Positions 12,407 to 24,109 of a stretch of DNA of 64,000 nt are shown here, piece after piece. The translations under genes and the position numbers were made by a program. Below the pieces are notes generated by a model. The model saw only the letters and a list, made by a program, of their open reading frames with translations. It was not told where the DNA came from and did not search any database. The DNA lies in NCBI GenBank assembly GCA_036172245.1, contig JAYWIR010000002.1:2294001-2358000 (forward strand). The letters run 5' to 3'. The stretch is from Raillietiella orientalis. Lineage: Eukaryota. The number at the start of each line of letters is the position of its first letter. The stretch's first letter is position 1.

Positions 12407-14355
12407 CCCACCTCTTCCGTTTCCGTGACCACGTGCTGCCTGCAGGGACGTCGCCCTTCAGGAGAGAGAGTCCGGGAAGGAAGACGGAATGAATCGACCC
12501 CTTCAACTCTCCGGATCGCAGCCGCGGTGGGAGAGAAGATGCCGCAGGCGCGCCCCTTCCGGGACGCCCGTGGCGGGCTGGCTTCCCCATCTATTCCGGA
12601 AAGGGAGCGGAGGTTCCCCTGAGGCGGAAGGGGACGGGAATCCAGGGGAGGGAAGAACGGGGGCAGCATCCCCCTGCGGATGGGGAAGAGGGGGTCGCCA
12701 GCGCGGTCGTCCCTCTACGTTCGGGCAGAGCGGTCCTCGAGAGGACCTGGCATGAGAAGCGGGGGCGGGGAGGAGGAAGAGGAGGAGGATTTTCTCGATT
12801 TCCGGGAGCGCGTAGGCCACTCCTGGAAATCGGGGATAAGCGATCAGCCATGGAGGATCCAACCTCCCGCCCGTCGCCTATGCGGCGACCGTCCTTGCGG
12901 GTTCGCGGCCGGAGCGGGGTCGAAAGGTCATCCTGGCCCCCGGCCTCACGTTCTGCGATGAAGGCACTCTCTCCCCGCCACACCTCTTCGACTCCCCCTT
13001 CTTCCTCCTCTCATCCCCTCCATCCCTACTGGGAACGCGAGCCACGTGCGGAGCTGCTCTCTCCCGTCTCAGTCTGCCGGGCAATCCCCTGGAGCATGGC
13101 GGCGGTTGGATTGGAGGGGAGGGGAGGGAGTAGGCCGAGGGGGAACGGCAGAGAGGCGTCCATGGAGGGAAGGTGGAGAAGGAAGGAGAAGGGGAGAAGT
13201 GCCGCTCTCCTCCCCCCTCTCCCGCCCCTCGGAAGCAGCAGCGCGAGGAAGGGGTCTTCCCGCCTCTCACCTTTTTCCTTTCGAACCTCGAAAGAACGGA
13301 CCTGGGAGGATCCGCTCTTTGGTAAAGGAAGGGGAAGGACGGCGAGGCGGGAGGCGTTCCCCCGGCCGGGATTTGTGAGGAGCCGCGAGGTTCCCATGAG
13401 CTCTCCCGACCTGGGAAGAGAGCTCGGGTCTGGGAGTGAGGGGGTGGGGCTGCAGAGTAAGGGGGTGGACGCTTGGGGTCGAAGTGCTGCCTTCTTTCGA
13501 GCGGGGGTTTTCGAGGAGCCCGCCGACGCGGTGGAGGCGCTGCGCTCGAGCAGAAACGCGAACCGAGCTGTCCTCTCGGGATGCCCTTCAGAGGGACGAG
13601 TGGGTGAGGAGGAGGAGAGGGTCTTTTCCAAGTCGGATACCCTCGCAAGAGGGACCTGCTTTCTACGCATCGACCTCTCTCCTCCTTCCTGCGCCCTCAC
13701 TTCCCCGCCTCCCACCGGGCAGTGCCCTGGATGGGTTGACTAGGCACGTGCGTTCCCGGATGGCCCGGCGGAGCCTTCGCGTGCTCCAAGCCCGAGGCCA
13801 GTGACCTCGCCTTCCACCTCGGAACAGGGGAGCGTGTCCTGTCTTGGTTCTTCCCCCTATCCCCCCCGTACTCTCTCGTCCCAACCCTTGCTCCTCAAAA
13901 GGGGAGAGAAAAGGGAGCACGAGTTCCCCGATCGGAGCCGCGGTGAAGGAGGTGTGGGAGGAGGTGGGAGAGGGGGGCTATGAGGGGACAGCAACATTCT
14001 CTTTCCCCTCAGCGCGAGGGATTTGGGGGAGAGGAGGGGGGCATGTGTTCACAGTTCGTCTTCCTGTGCACATGCACCCCTAGGGAATTCATGCCACTCG
14101 GAAAGAGACGTAAAGGAGGGGAGAGGACCAAGTGGATGAGGGTTGACCTCGCCCCTTTTCCTGGAACAGGTTCGGGAGGGGCGATCCTCTTCCTGCCCCT
14201 TCCCTCAGGTTCCGCGTGTGCGGCTCGGGAACGGTCTTTTTTCCCCCGCTTACTGAGCGCCTCCTCCCTCCAGGCGTCCCGGGGTCTCCTGGCGGTCGGG
14301 GAGGGAAGGTCGGCCCTTCGAGGCGGGAGGGGAAGAGGGCGCGCGCGCGGCTCAC

Positions 14356-15478
14356 CTTCGAAGGCGCCGGGCCCCTCGCAGAGATAGTGCCTCCTCTTGA
14401 GCCGCTCGATCCTGTGGAGGAAGGGGACATCGACGGCACGGTCGCAGAAGTCCGGGATGACCCCCCGGAAGCAGCGCACCATGTAGCCGATGCCCTCGCA
14501 CACCTCGCTCTTCACGTCCTCGGTGATGTCCGCCGTGTTGGTCTTGGAGGCGGCGCCTACGAAGAACTCCCACGAGCAGCGCCGCAGCAGCTTGAGCTCC
14601 CGGGTGGTGTACGTCCGGCACAGGGAGGACCGGTTGGCGGCGGGGGGGACGGCGGCGGGGGAAGCAGCGGGGAGAACTGCAGCGGCACCCTCGTAGGCTC
14701 CCTCTTCCTCCTCCTCCTCCTCCTCCTCTTCCGCCGCTGTCGCCGGTGGAGACGGGAGGTGGGGAGGGAGCGCCGGGGCTACGGCGGGGGAAGGGCGGTG
14801 GTGGCGCTGGCGGTGACGCTGCTTCTGCTGGCGGTGGTGCTGGCGGTGGGAGTGAGGGGGGGAGGGTGGCGCCGCTGCGGGCAGCAGCTTCATGACCTCG
14901 CACACGGACGAGTACATGAGGAGGTTCAGCCCGGCCAGCCAGATGCGGTTGGCGGCGTCCGACTGCACCAGCGGCAGCTCCTCGTCGCCGTCGCCAAGCC
15001 TATCTTCCTCCTCCTCCTCCTCCTCCCCCCTTCCTCCCGAGGCGTTCCTCCTCCCTTCCAGCTTCAGCAGCCGCACGCACTGCACGTACCTCCGGAAGTG
15101 GCACCGGGACAGCTCGTGGTCAGCCTGGTGGACGTCCTGAGCCAGCCGGCACAGAACGAGGTCCCGGCCCTCGAAGCCGGGCTTCGCGAAGTAGTAGATC
15201 TCCCGGGGGTCGTACCCGTGGTTCCAGAGCTTCTTCAGCTTCCTCTCCCAGAGCCGCGTCTCCCTGGGGCAGTCCCTCTGGCGATGGTAGCACGCCCTCG
15301 GCCGATCGGCGGCGACGGGAGGGGCTGTCGAGCGCTCCCCGAGGGAGGAATGGGGGACAGAGAGGGAGGGAGGGGAGCCCCTTTCGACCCCCCCGCTCCC
15401 TCGCAGCGGCGGCGGCGCTAGCAGGAGGAGGAGGCAGGCAGCGGCGACGAGCGGCGGCGCCGCCAGGGGGCCGCGCAT
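14356..15478 (-). CDS. Large coding exon of an unidentified secreted cysteine-rich protein; continues in downstream exon(s)
   Basis: ATG at 15478 gives the signal-peptide-like MRGPLAAPPLVAAACLLLLLAPPPLRG. It is followed by ordered, GC3-biased Cys-containing segments (CYHRQRDC...LCRLAQDVH...CHFRRYVQC; LCRTY...RRCSWEFF...VCEGIGYMVRCF...FCDRAVD...YLC) separated by poly-E and H/Q-rich linkers. The exon ends at a canonical G|GTGAGC donor (intron starts 14355, phase 1). A phase-compatible acceptor near 12953 is a tentative next exon. Confidence 0.75.
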
Positions 15479-18400
15479 CCTCTTTCCCGGAGCGCCCTGC
15501 GGGGGGTCGCGCCCGAGAGGAGCAGCCGGATCGACGAGCAGAAGGGAAGGCGGGCGAGGGCTGTCGCCGGGAGGGAGGGAGGGAGGGAGGGAGCGGGGAC
15601 GCGTCCGCGGGAAGGAGCGCCTCCGGACTGAGCGCTCCGGCATCCCGCGCGCTCTCCTGTACCTGCCGCGCCCAATCAATAGGGAAGCAACCTGCATCTG
15701 GAGAAAAACAAAAGTTTCCGGGAGCGGCTACCTTCCCCGACAGGTGTCGGCAAGGCGGGGAGTCCTGCGGGCCGGCCGAGGGAGTCAGGGAAAGGGGCAG
15801 GAGGAGGGCGCGTTTTTCTCCCCTCTCCTCGAGGCGTTGCCCCCTCCCTGTTCCGGCTTAGGGATTCCTTCGGTCCCGACCTCTCCTTCCCGACGTTCCT
15901 GCCGTGGTTCTGGCGGGCGTGAGAAGCAGTGAGAGAGCCGGGGGAAGGGCGCGGGGATCGGGGAAGGGGGGGGGGGGAGGACACTACAGAGCTCCATGTG
16001 TTGGGGCGGCGCGCGCTCCCTCCGGTCTGACGCCCCGGGACGTGAGCGCAACCAGCCCAGGAAGGGCGAGCAGGACCGGGAAGAGTGGGGTCGGGAGGCT
16101 CGCGGAGACCGGGGATACGCCGCCGCCGCCGCCGCCCCGCCCCCGCCGTTTGCCCGCCTGAGGAACGGAGGCGGCGACGGGTAGCGGCGCAGGGGAATCC
16201 CGGAGAGGGAGAGGAGGGAAAGCAAAGGGTCCCGAAGGAATGGGATCGTGGAGAAGGGAAGCACGGCGCGACGGCGGAGTTCTCCGTTTTCCTTGAGCAG
16301 GGAGAAGGGAGGAAGGGGCTCGCGCATCGCATGATGCGGCACCGCGCCGGCTCCCTGCGTCCCCCCCCCCCCTACCCCCGCCTCATCCGTAATAAATTTT
16401 TTTTAATCTCCCTTTCCCGGTAATTTTGCTCACGTGACTCCTTCGGGAAGCCTTCAGGAAAGACACGTCGGGAATAGGGAAGGATACGGAAGGGGGGGGG
16501 GGAAGAAGGGAAGAGAGCTAATTAAATTCCAGGGAATGGGAGAGCGGGAGAAAGAAAAGGAGCCAGGAGAGGAAGGGGGGAACGAAAACCACGTTGCGAG
16601 AATCCTCTGGTGCTCCTCCTCCTTTTCAGGGGCCTCTCGTCCGCGTTCCGGGAGCATCCAGCTGCCCCTCGTCACCTTCCTCCTGTTCCGCCCCAGCTCG
16701 AGGAGTCTCGCAGCGCCACCTTCCACACGCAAGGAGTCGCTGCGTTCCGCCTTCAGAAAGCCCAGGGAGCCTTCAGAAGACCCCGGAGAAGCAGCACCGG
16801 CTGGCTCCCACTCACCTCCTCCTCGCGGCGCAAGGACCGCCTCCCGGAGTGCCTCCTCCACGCACGGTCGATCGCTTCCGGCAGGGAAAGAGAAGGGAAC
16901 GAGGGGCTTTCTGGAGAGGGGGGGGACCTTTTCTTCGTTCTTCTCCCCTTTTTTGTGGGAGTACGGCCGTCCTTCCGGAGCTACAGAATCGGTGGAGGAG
17001 GCTGCTGCCACTCCCGAAAGCGCGCGCGAGAACGGATGGACGACCACAGACAGGATGGACCCGCCCCACCACCCCACAGGATGTGGAAGGACGGGGAAGT
17101 CCCGCGCTCGCTTTTCCCTCTTCCGCTCAGGTGGGGAAGGGAAGAGGGGACTTCTGCCTCAAGCGACCGCGGGTTCCTTCCATTCTCCCCCGGACGCATG
17201 CGCGCGCTCTGATGGGCCACACAAGAGCCTCCTCGAGACGCGCAGGCGGGGGCGATCAACACTAGGGGCTTTTGAAGGAAGCGGAAGTCAGGGAGCGACT
17301 GGAGACATTTGATCGCCCACTCTCCTGTCGCCCCTCAGAGGCGGCGAGGTTCCCGGCACGGCAAAAGGTTTACGGGATCGTGGGCACGGCCTCTCTTTGG
17401 AAATAAATTACGCTGTTGGCGGCGCTGATCCCCTCCTGCGAATGAATCAACCTGGAAGCCCGCCGCTGAGGACATGAAAGGGAACCCCCCGATAAGCTTC
17501 GGGGGACCGAGAGGAGGGGAGGCAGTCGGGAGACAGGGAAGCGACCCAGCGCGTGCTGCTTACGTGAGCGCGAGAGCGGAAGCACCAGAGGAGGAGGAGG
17601 AGGAAACGGTATACATCGCACGCGGACGGACGGCTTCCTGATCGGGGTCGGTTCTGATCTGGCGCTACCCCTCTCGTTAATATCTGGCCAGTGCAGCCGT
17701 CGACAAAGAAAAAAAAAAACGGGGAGAAGCAGCACGAACCTCGACGAACGCTCCCAAACTCTTCGGCGCCGCTCTCTTCCGCTCGCTCGTAGAGGGCCAG
17801 CTGCTCCCTCTCACCCTACAAGCCCGCAGGTCGAGCTGCCCATCAGAAAGGTCCCCCAGCTTTCGTCCCGACTGCATCAGCCACGAACTTTTGTTGTGCT
17901 TTAGTTTTTCCTCCTGTGCAACTGAATTCTTCCCCCTTTGTCTTCTTGGTCTGGATGGGCGTATTTTCTGCTAATTAGGAAGCTTTGGCATCACTGCTTA
18001 CTGTTGATTGGATACGTGCAGCGCTTTGCAGATTAAGGTTTATTTTAACGCCTTGCGAAACGAGCAGCTCGTGGTTGCACGGTAAGTCCAGTCCCGGCAC
18101 TTTATCTTTGCGCGTGCAGCCTCTGCATCATCTTCTTGCTGCGCTGCCACCACCGGTAAGTCGATTCCCAACCGCATTAATTAATTATCCCATTATCCTA
18201 ACTGTAACTTATGCATGGCGTTTCGTCATTAATTCCGTTTCGAATGGTTTTCCTTGCGCATTGTCCTCGCGTGTATCGCCGTTTCCGTCATCAAATCCTG
18301 GAGGAGATGAGAAGGAAGCGTGGGAAAACCTCGGAGGGCGTGAACCCTCCTTCCATGGCAAGTATAAAAGAGCTTTCTCCCCCTTCGAAAATTGGTTCGA

Positions 18401-19049
18401 CCGGAAGCGGATTCTAGACGTGGCCTTCGCTCGGGACGACTTCCATTGTCGAAGACGCGAAGGGGTGGTAGAGGGTGGTGAGGTTTTTCGAGCACTTCGC
18501 GTCAAGGGGAAGCACGAAAGGACTTGCAATGCGCAAAATTTTTCTTCCAGCCTTGGCGTTGCCTCCTTTAGAGACGAAAAGCCGCCAAAGTTCCAAAAGG
18601 GCATCCAGATGCCCCCCCCCCCCCAAAAGGTCTCCTTGTCTACACGTGCCACATAGGCAACGATCGATGGGTTGCACCTCGGAGATCCTGCAAGAATGCA
18701 CTGGAAGAAAGTTCGCACTTGGAAGAAACCAATAAGGAAGCGTCGACTGCGATCTCCGCATGATTTCGGAGGGGGGGGGGGAATAAAGCGAAAGTTCGCG
18801 AGTCTCCTCGGACGACGCTTACTCGCGAAACTGGGGTCGCTGTTTCGGTTCGATACTTCCGTTTACGTGTACGCAAACACGCTAAGCTTCTCTCTCTCTG
18901 CCCCCCCTCCGCAGCTGCTTAAGGAGAAGCGAGGAGGACACGTGGATCTCGCAAAATGGTAGCAGCTGCCCCTCTCTGCAGAACCAATCTCCTTGCCAAC
19001 AGATGATGGAAGCGGCTTCTTCGGAGGGAGAGGTCGGATAAAGCTTCCG

Positions 19050-19615
19050 GAAAAGTGATGGATCACTCGAATGGAGATCTTCCCGGGACCGGTCGCCAAA
19101 TCCTCGCGCTGGACACCATCGCAGCACGTAGAGTGCGTGCAACCCTCTTCCCTCGTCCTAAAAGCTCTTCGCGGTTTCCAAGGTTGTTTGGGGCTGATGA
19201 AAAAGTTTTGCCGCCGAAGGGAAAGGAGCGAAGGGTTCCGGGACGTGGGAACGCGCAAGGTGCTCTCACCGCCACCAACCGTCCCGCTTCCCTGTTCCAG
19301 TGCGACGCACCTATGAAAGCACGAGGAACCGGTGGCCGGTCCCACCATGATGAAAGCTTTCAGCATCCCAGAACTGCAGCTCCAAGAGACGCTTCCGTGT
19401 CGCACGCCACTTTGGTACGAGACCGGTCGAGTCCGCGGGCAGTTGCCCCTCGATTCTCACCCGGGTGCGCCGGGGCGTTTTTTTCAAAAATTAATATTTC
19501 ATGAGAACTGTGGTTGAACCAGCGGTCTAACCACGCACAATTTCATGGAAGCCTGCCTGGTCACCAATTCGCAAACCGGTGTGGTCCACTACGGCAGCAG
19601 AGAAGAAGGGGCAAA
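19050..19615 (+). pseudogene. Decayed coding-like relic homologous to the duplicated block at 33.1 and 41.5 kb
   Basis: 19451-19579 aligns to the reverse complement of 33056-33185 and 41452-41581 (cacccgggtgcgcc...gaactgtggttg..ccag.ggtc..accacg...ttcgca.accgg). Reading frames are interrupted by stops. Confidence 0.4.
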
Positions 19616-19629
19616 CAAAAAGAAAAAAA

Positions 19630-21570
19630 TATGTTTTGCGGGTTGCGGGAAGGGGTCACATTCTGCTGGTGGCGGTCCTGTCCATTCTCTGTATGCTACC
19701 GTCAAGGTCTTGCTGGATACTCCTGTCCAGGTGGGATCATCACGTTGCCATCCTGATGAATTGGACAGCGAAGTGGATGGCATCCCAAACGCTGGGTCCT
19801 CCAGCGATTGGGATGCCATATTGCCTTGCACCATGCAGCGAAGATCCCGCGTAGGCAGGGTTGCCAGCGAGGCTGCTGGCCTAAGGGCGTCGCGAACGAA
19901 GAGGGGTTTGAAAGTGTCCCTGGAGTTGCCTCCGGGGGTTCCTAGGACCGTGGCAAAGCGTTCCTAGAGGGGCCGGAGAGCAACACAGTGCACTAACAGG
20001 TGGGGAGGGATTCACGTTCTCTGCACCTAACAGTTAGGGTCCACACCCTCGCGTCCAGTGGTGACGGCGGGCGTAGCACGGAAGATCCTAGTGCAGCACC
20101 AACAGCGGCGACTCCTGCACGACACCTGGTCCAGTGAGTCAGCGGCTGCGAGGGACTGTCTACCTTCCTGGCGCACCGCCAACCACGGTACCAGTTCCAT
20201 TGCGGACTGGAACTCCGGCGAGTGGCCAAGCTGACCAGGACGAACACCTGGATCTCCTGCCGACCCGCGAACGGTACTGCCTGGTTGCAGGAAAGCCTTC
20301 GCACATGGGCCCAGAACAAGGAAGTCAGCCCGGAGTTGCAGCAGCGACTGCTGCACTCTTTTTACAACAGCCGCTCGCTGCAGGACGTCATCGTGTAGCT
20401 TGCCTCGCGTGCATGGGCTGAAAGGACCTCCCAAGTCGCGGCTCTGCCCTTCCTCAGGGTGCACCTGGGCAGTAGTCAGCTGGCCAAATGGGAGGTCCGA
20501 TGTGTGATAGGCAGAACAGAGAAGGAACAAGGTGGTTGGCCCACGGGCCAGCTAACTGACTGCGACCCCAAGTGCCCCACCGAAGGGACTATTGCGCTGG
20601 GGCGAGCTGCTGAGCATCCCGTTGGAAGTACTCGAGTGGATCCCAGTGCTGAAGAATACCCAGGCCCTCCCCCTGAAGTGGCAGGAGTCGGCGTTTCTGG
20701 TGTTGCACTGGGGATTCCCCAGCAACGCCCACCGATCTCACTGTACGAGGGGTGCTGTGTACCCATGCCGCCCTCCCCAAAGGGGTTCTTTGCTCGGCGG
20801 AAATTTCGTACATTCCCTTAGAAGAGGTACAGACCCCCCCTCCCCCAGTGTTTCCGGACAGCTCCATGCTTCGCCTGAAGTGACAGGACTCGTCATTGCA
20901 GTTGTTGCGCTGAGAGATCCCATGCATCGCACGAGTCCACCACTGGACGAGGAGGAGTGTAGCTCCAGACTGTGCCAAGTGCGGAGTACGGGAATCGCTC
21001 CCGCACCTGCTTATTGAATGTGTTGCCTTCCGGTCCCCATGGTTCCGTTTCCCCACGGCCCTAGGAGCGCCTTCGAACGCTCCCAGAGACCCCAGTGATC
21101 AAGTACCTCTATGTGCGCGATGCTTTTTCGCCTGCCGCAACCCTTTGCTGCCTACTTGGGATTGTGACGGCCTGGCGCAACACCACTGATGGACCGCACT
21201 AAAGAGACGCCATCTGCTTCGCCTTGGGCTTCCTGAGGACGGCAGCCAGATGACCCCATCTGGGAAGTATGCGGATGGAACTTGCCGGCATTCTGAAAGG
21301 ATGTAGAGGACGGTCTGCAGTGGAACGTGATCCCTTCCCCAGTCCCACCTGTCTTAGTAAATAGCGTTCTTTTTTTCTTTTTCTTTTTGTTTGTCCTCTC
21401 CCCTTCCACTGCCGAGTCGAACCTCGCCAGCCTGCGTGCCGGTGACTCGGCAAGTTCCGAACTCTTTTGGACGTTGTAGGGCCGATGACCCTACACATGT
21501 TTATTTTTTTGTTTGTTTTAAAATAAAATCCCCGGCGTACCTGGGTGTCAAAACAGCATCCTGCCACTTG
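19630..21570 (-). mobile_element. Degenerate LTR-retrotransposon-like element, copy A
   Basis: 21150-21570 is collinear, in inverted orientation, with 48370-48830; the part below ~21400 also matches 23500-23880. It contains AATAAA followed by a tgtaggg...ccctaca hairpin (LTR-end-like), and a possible eroded gag zinc knuckle (GQLGHSPEFQ, ~20210-20240). Boundaries are approximate. Confidence 0.45.
20757..20984. repeat. 228-bp inverted repeat, left arm
   Basis: Reverse complement of 23877-24104, with only 2 mismatches seen, both near the ends. Confidence 0.95.
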
Positions 21571-23439
21571 AAGGGAAGGGTGAGTACGGGTATCCATGAG
21601 CACCTGGGGCCACTTCAGGTGTTCCGACGTAACATCCAGTAGCTCGCGCCAGCGGCCCTCGTCCTTCGAGGAACTACTCCGTTTGTCCGGGGACGGAGAA
21701 TTGGGTCGGCTCCCGTTCATGATAGCCTTCCGCGTCCTCGACCAGAGTTGGGCCGGAAAAAAGGCAGTGCATCGTTCGGCTGGACGATTCTGGAACGAAG
21801 GGGGAGAGGAAAAAGGAAAGTTGGAGGTGAGGGAGGAGGAGCTGTTTCTGGGAGCGACGGTGGAGCGGACGACGCGGACGGAGGAACGTCGAAACGCCGA
21901 CGCGACCAGACACACCTGCGACGGGAAGCTCTGCCGGTTCTGCAGGTCGCGAGGTCCCTTCGCGGAAGCCCGAAAAGTCAGCCGCCCTCCGAGCAGCTCC
22001 CGAAGATCGGGACAAGGTCGGCCAGCACAGCAGTGTTTCTCGTGATAGAGAAAAGGAAACAAAAAAAGTGAGAAACGAAGCAAATGGGGACACAGCTTTC
22101 CGATAAGTTGAGGAAGATGTCATCGGCGGTGGCACGTGGATCGATGAACCGGAGGAGATGGGCATGGAGTGGTTACTACTCGCAGAGAAGCATCGAAGAG
22201 GTTTTGTAGCCACGGGGGGAGACCTTTGGGAAGAGTCTGGACTCTCTATCGCTCCTTCATGGGACGAGCGAGTTGGCACCGCGCGTTCCGGAGCAGAGAG
22301 GGAAGAGCGGGAGCCGCTGTTGTTGTTGAATCCCACGGCCGTTCCGAATGAACGTCCCGGCGTATCCGGGTGGCAACATCCATTCCGAAGGCAGCGGTGC
22401 AGCAGCGGGTCTACCGGCACAGCGGCAGGAGTCTCATCCCGAGCTTCCTTTCCCTTGAATCTGGAAGCGATTGGTGAGAATGTGGCGAGCAATCCCCTCC
22501 CAATGTGGTGACCCGACGCTTTGCCAAGATGCAGGCTAAGTCATCCGAAGACAAGCGATCCTCCGGAGTTTGGCATTTCGTTCCGACGAGCTGGTGCAGC
22601 CTTCTGGCTACTCGACAGACAGGGCTCTCTCTCCACCAGCACCAGAGCCCGTCGCCCTTCGGGCAGACATCAACGGCAGGAAGGGAATCTTGTTTTCCGC
22701 AGCCTTCGGATCCCAGGGAGCCGAAAATTGCTTCCGTTAGCAACGAAGAACAGAAGGAAGTCCGACGCTTTCGGATTTCCATCCGTTTCCACATCTGCGT
22801 TTTTCATCATCTTGCGGTGGAGGGCCAGACTTTCGGCTCTGGCATCGGAAGGAGGAGAGCACCCTCCGAGAGACTTTCCTCCCATGAGTTTTCGAGGAAC
22901 GACCTGGCGGAGGAACTCTGTTGCCGACGCCAGCGCGTATTCCTCTCTGGTCCTCCTTGAGGAGATGTGCGACGGCAGGATGGACAGAGGCTTTCCATCC
23001 CCGCACCTGCGTTTCTCGTCTTCCGGTGTGGTCCGCCGCCAACTCAACTAGCGGCGAAGAACGACAGCATGATGGAATCGGTAGCGTGCGGAAAGTGGCT
23101 GGGCGGCGCGCTGTTCTCTTGCATTCCCTTCCACGTATCGAGTTTCAAGGGGTAAGAATTCTCCCTTTCTCCAGGAACGATTCTATTCGTAGCAGCATAT
23201 GGATGGCTGCTCTCACACGTTCGGTCGCATCTAATTAAGAGTGCTCTTAGTCAGATATGACTCCCAGGTTACTTTCACCCGGCCGCGACGCGGCCTCTAT
23301 TATAAAAAAAAATATTTACAAAAAAAAAAAAGTCATATAATAAAAAAAAATGTCTCTTCCTTTCGTAGTGACTTCACATCGCCACTACGAAGGGAGATGC
23401 CTCGGAGGCGCTGCTTCTCGTTAGCGGCTACCCAATGAA

Positions 23440-24104
23440 GCCGACACAGAAGTGGGAGAGAAGGTAAACAAAACAGAAAAAACACGAAAGTTCAGTTTAA
23501 AAATGCTTGGCGGGGGGGAGGGGGAGAAGAGGATCACAGATTTTTCCTCGGAGTCCTCAGCGTCCTCTGGAGGATGTTGGCAACTTCCTCTTTTTGTTGG
23601 CGGAGGATACAGCCATCTTGTCGCCTTCCTCATGAAGGAGCACGATCTCACGGTTTCGACTAGCCTCTTTCGGAGCGGTTTCTCGCCGCCACGATCCCAC
23701 GAAGGCAGCACGGAGCTGCAAGGGAAGCTGCAGGCGACATCCAGTCGCGCTCAAAGAGGCACGGCAAGACCTCTCTACCGTTGTCCATCGGGAGCGGGAG
23801 GACCGCGTCGAAACGTTCCCAGACACTCAGGAGAGCAACACAATCCAACAACAGGAGCGGGAAAGTTTCCCTTTCCCCGCACCTGGCACAGTCTGGAGCT
23901 ACACTCCTCCTCGTCCAGTGGTGGACTCGTGCGATGCATGGGATCTCTCAGCGCAACAACTGCAATGACGAGTCCTGTCACTTCAGGCGAAGCATGGAGC
24001 TGTCCGGAAACACTGGGGGAGGGGGGGTCTGTACCTCTTCTAAGGGAATGTACGAAATTTCCGCCGAGCAAAGAACCCCTTTGGGGAGAGCGGCATGGGT
24101 ACAC
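23440..24104 (+). mobile_element. Degenerate LTR-retrotransposon-like element, truncated copy B
   Basis: Blocks such as agccatcttg.cgcc and cac.atcc.acg.aggcagca...gctgcaggcg are shared with 48600-48820, and related sequence is present in copy A. Confidence 0.5.
23877..24104. repeat. 228-bp inverted repeat, right arm
   Basis: Reverse complement of 20757-20984. Confidence 0.95.
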
Positions 24105-24109
24105 GTGTC

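Noticed and set aside
1..14000. Dozens of overlapping 100-360 aa ORFs
   Set aside because: Same GC artefact, with no codon bias or recognisable motif. Isolated splice-like signals (e.g. minus-strand 3218-3457 and an 18-nt candidate at ~4565-4582) could not be assembled into a gene.
14009..15697. The full 562-aa ORF as one protein
   Set aside because: The first 73 codons and the part after the GTGAG donor at 14355 look like UTR and intron. The signal peptide starts at 15478.
17250..17318. 10-bp inverted repeat gggcgatcaa...ttgatcgccc as a possible pre-miRNA
   Set aside because: The interior does not pair into a continuous stem.
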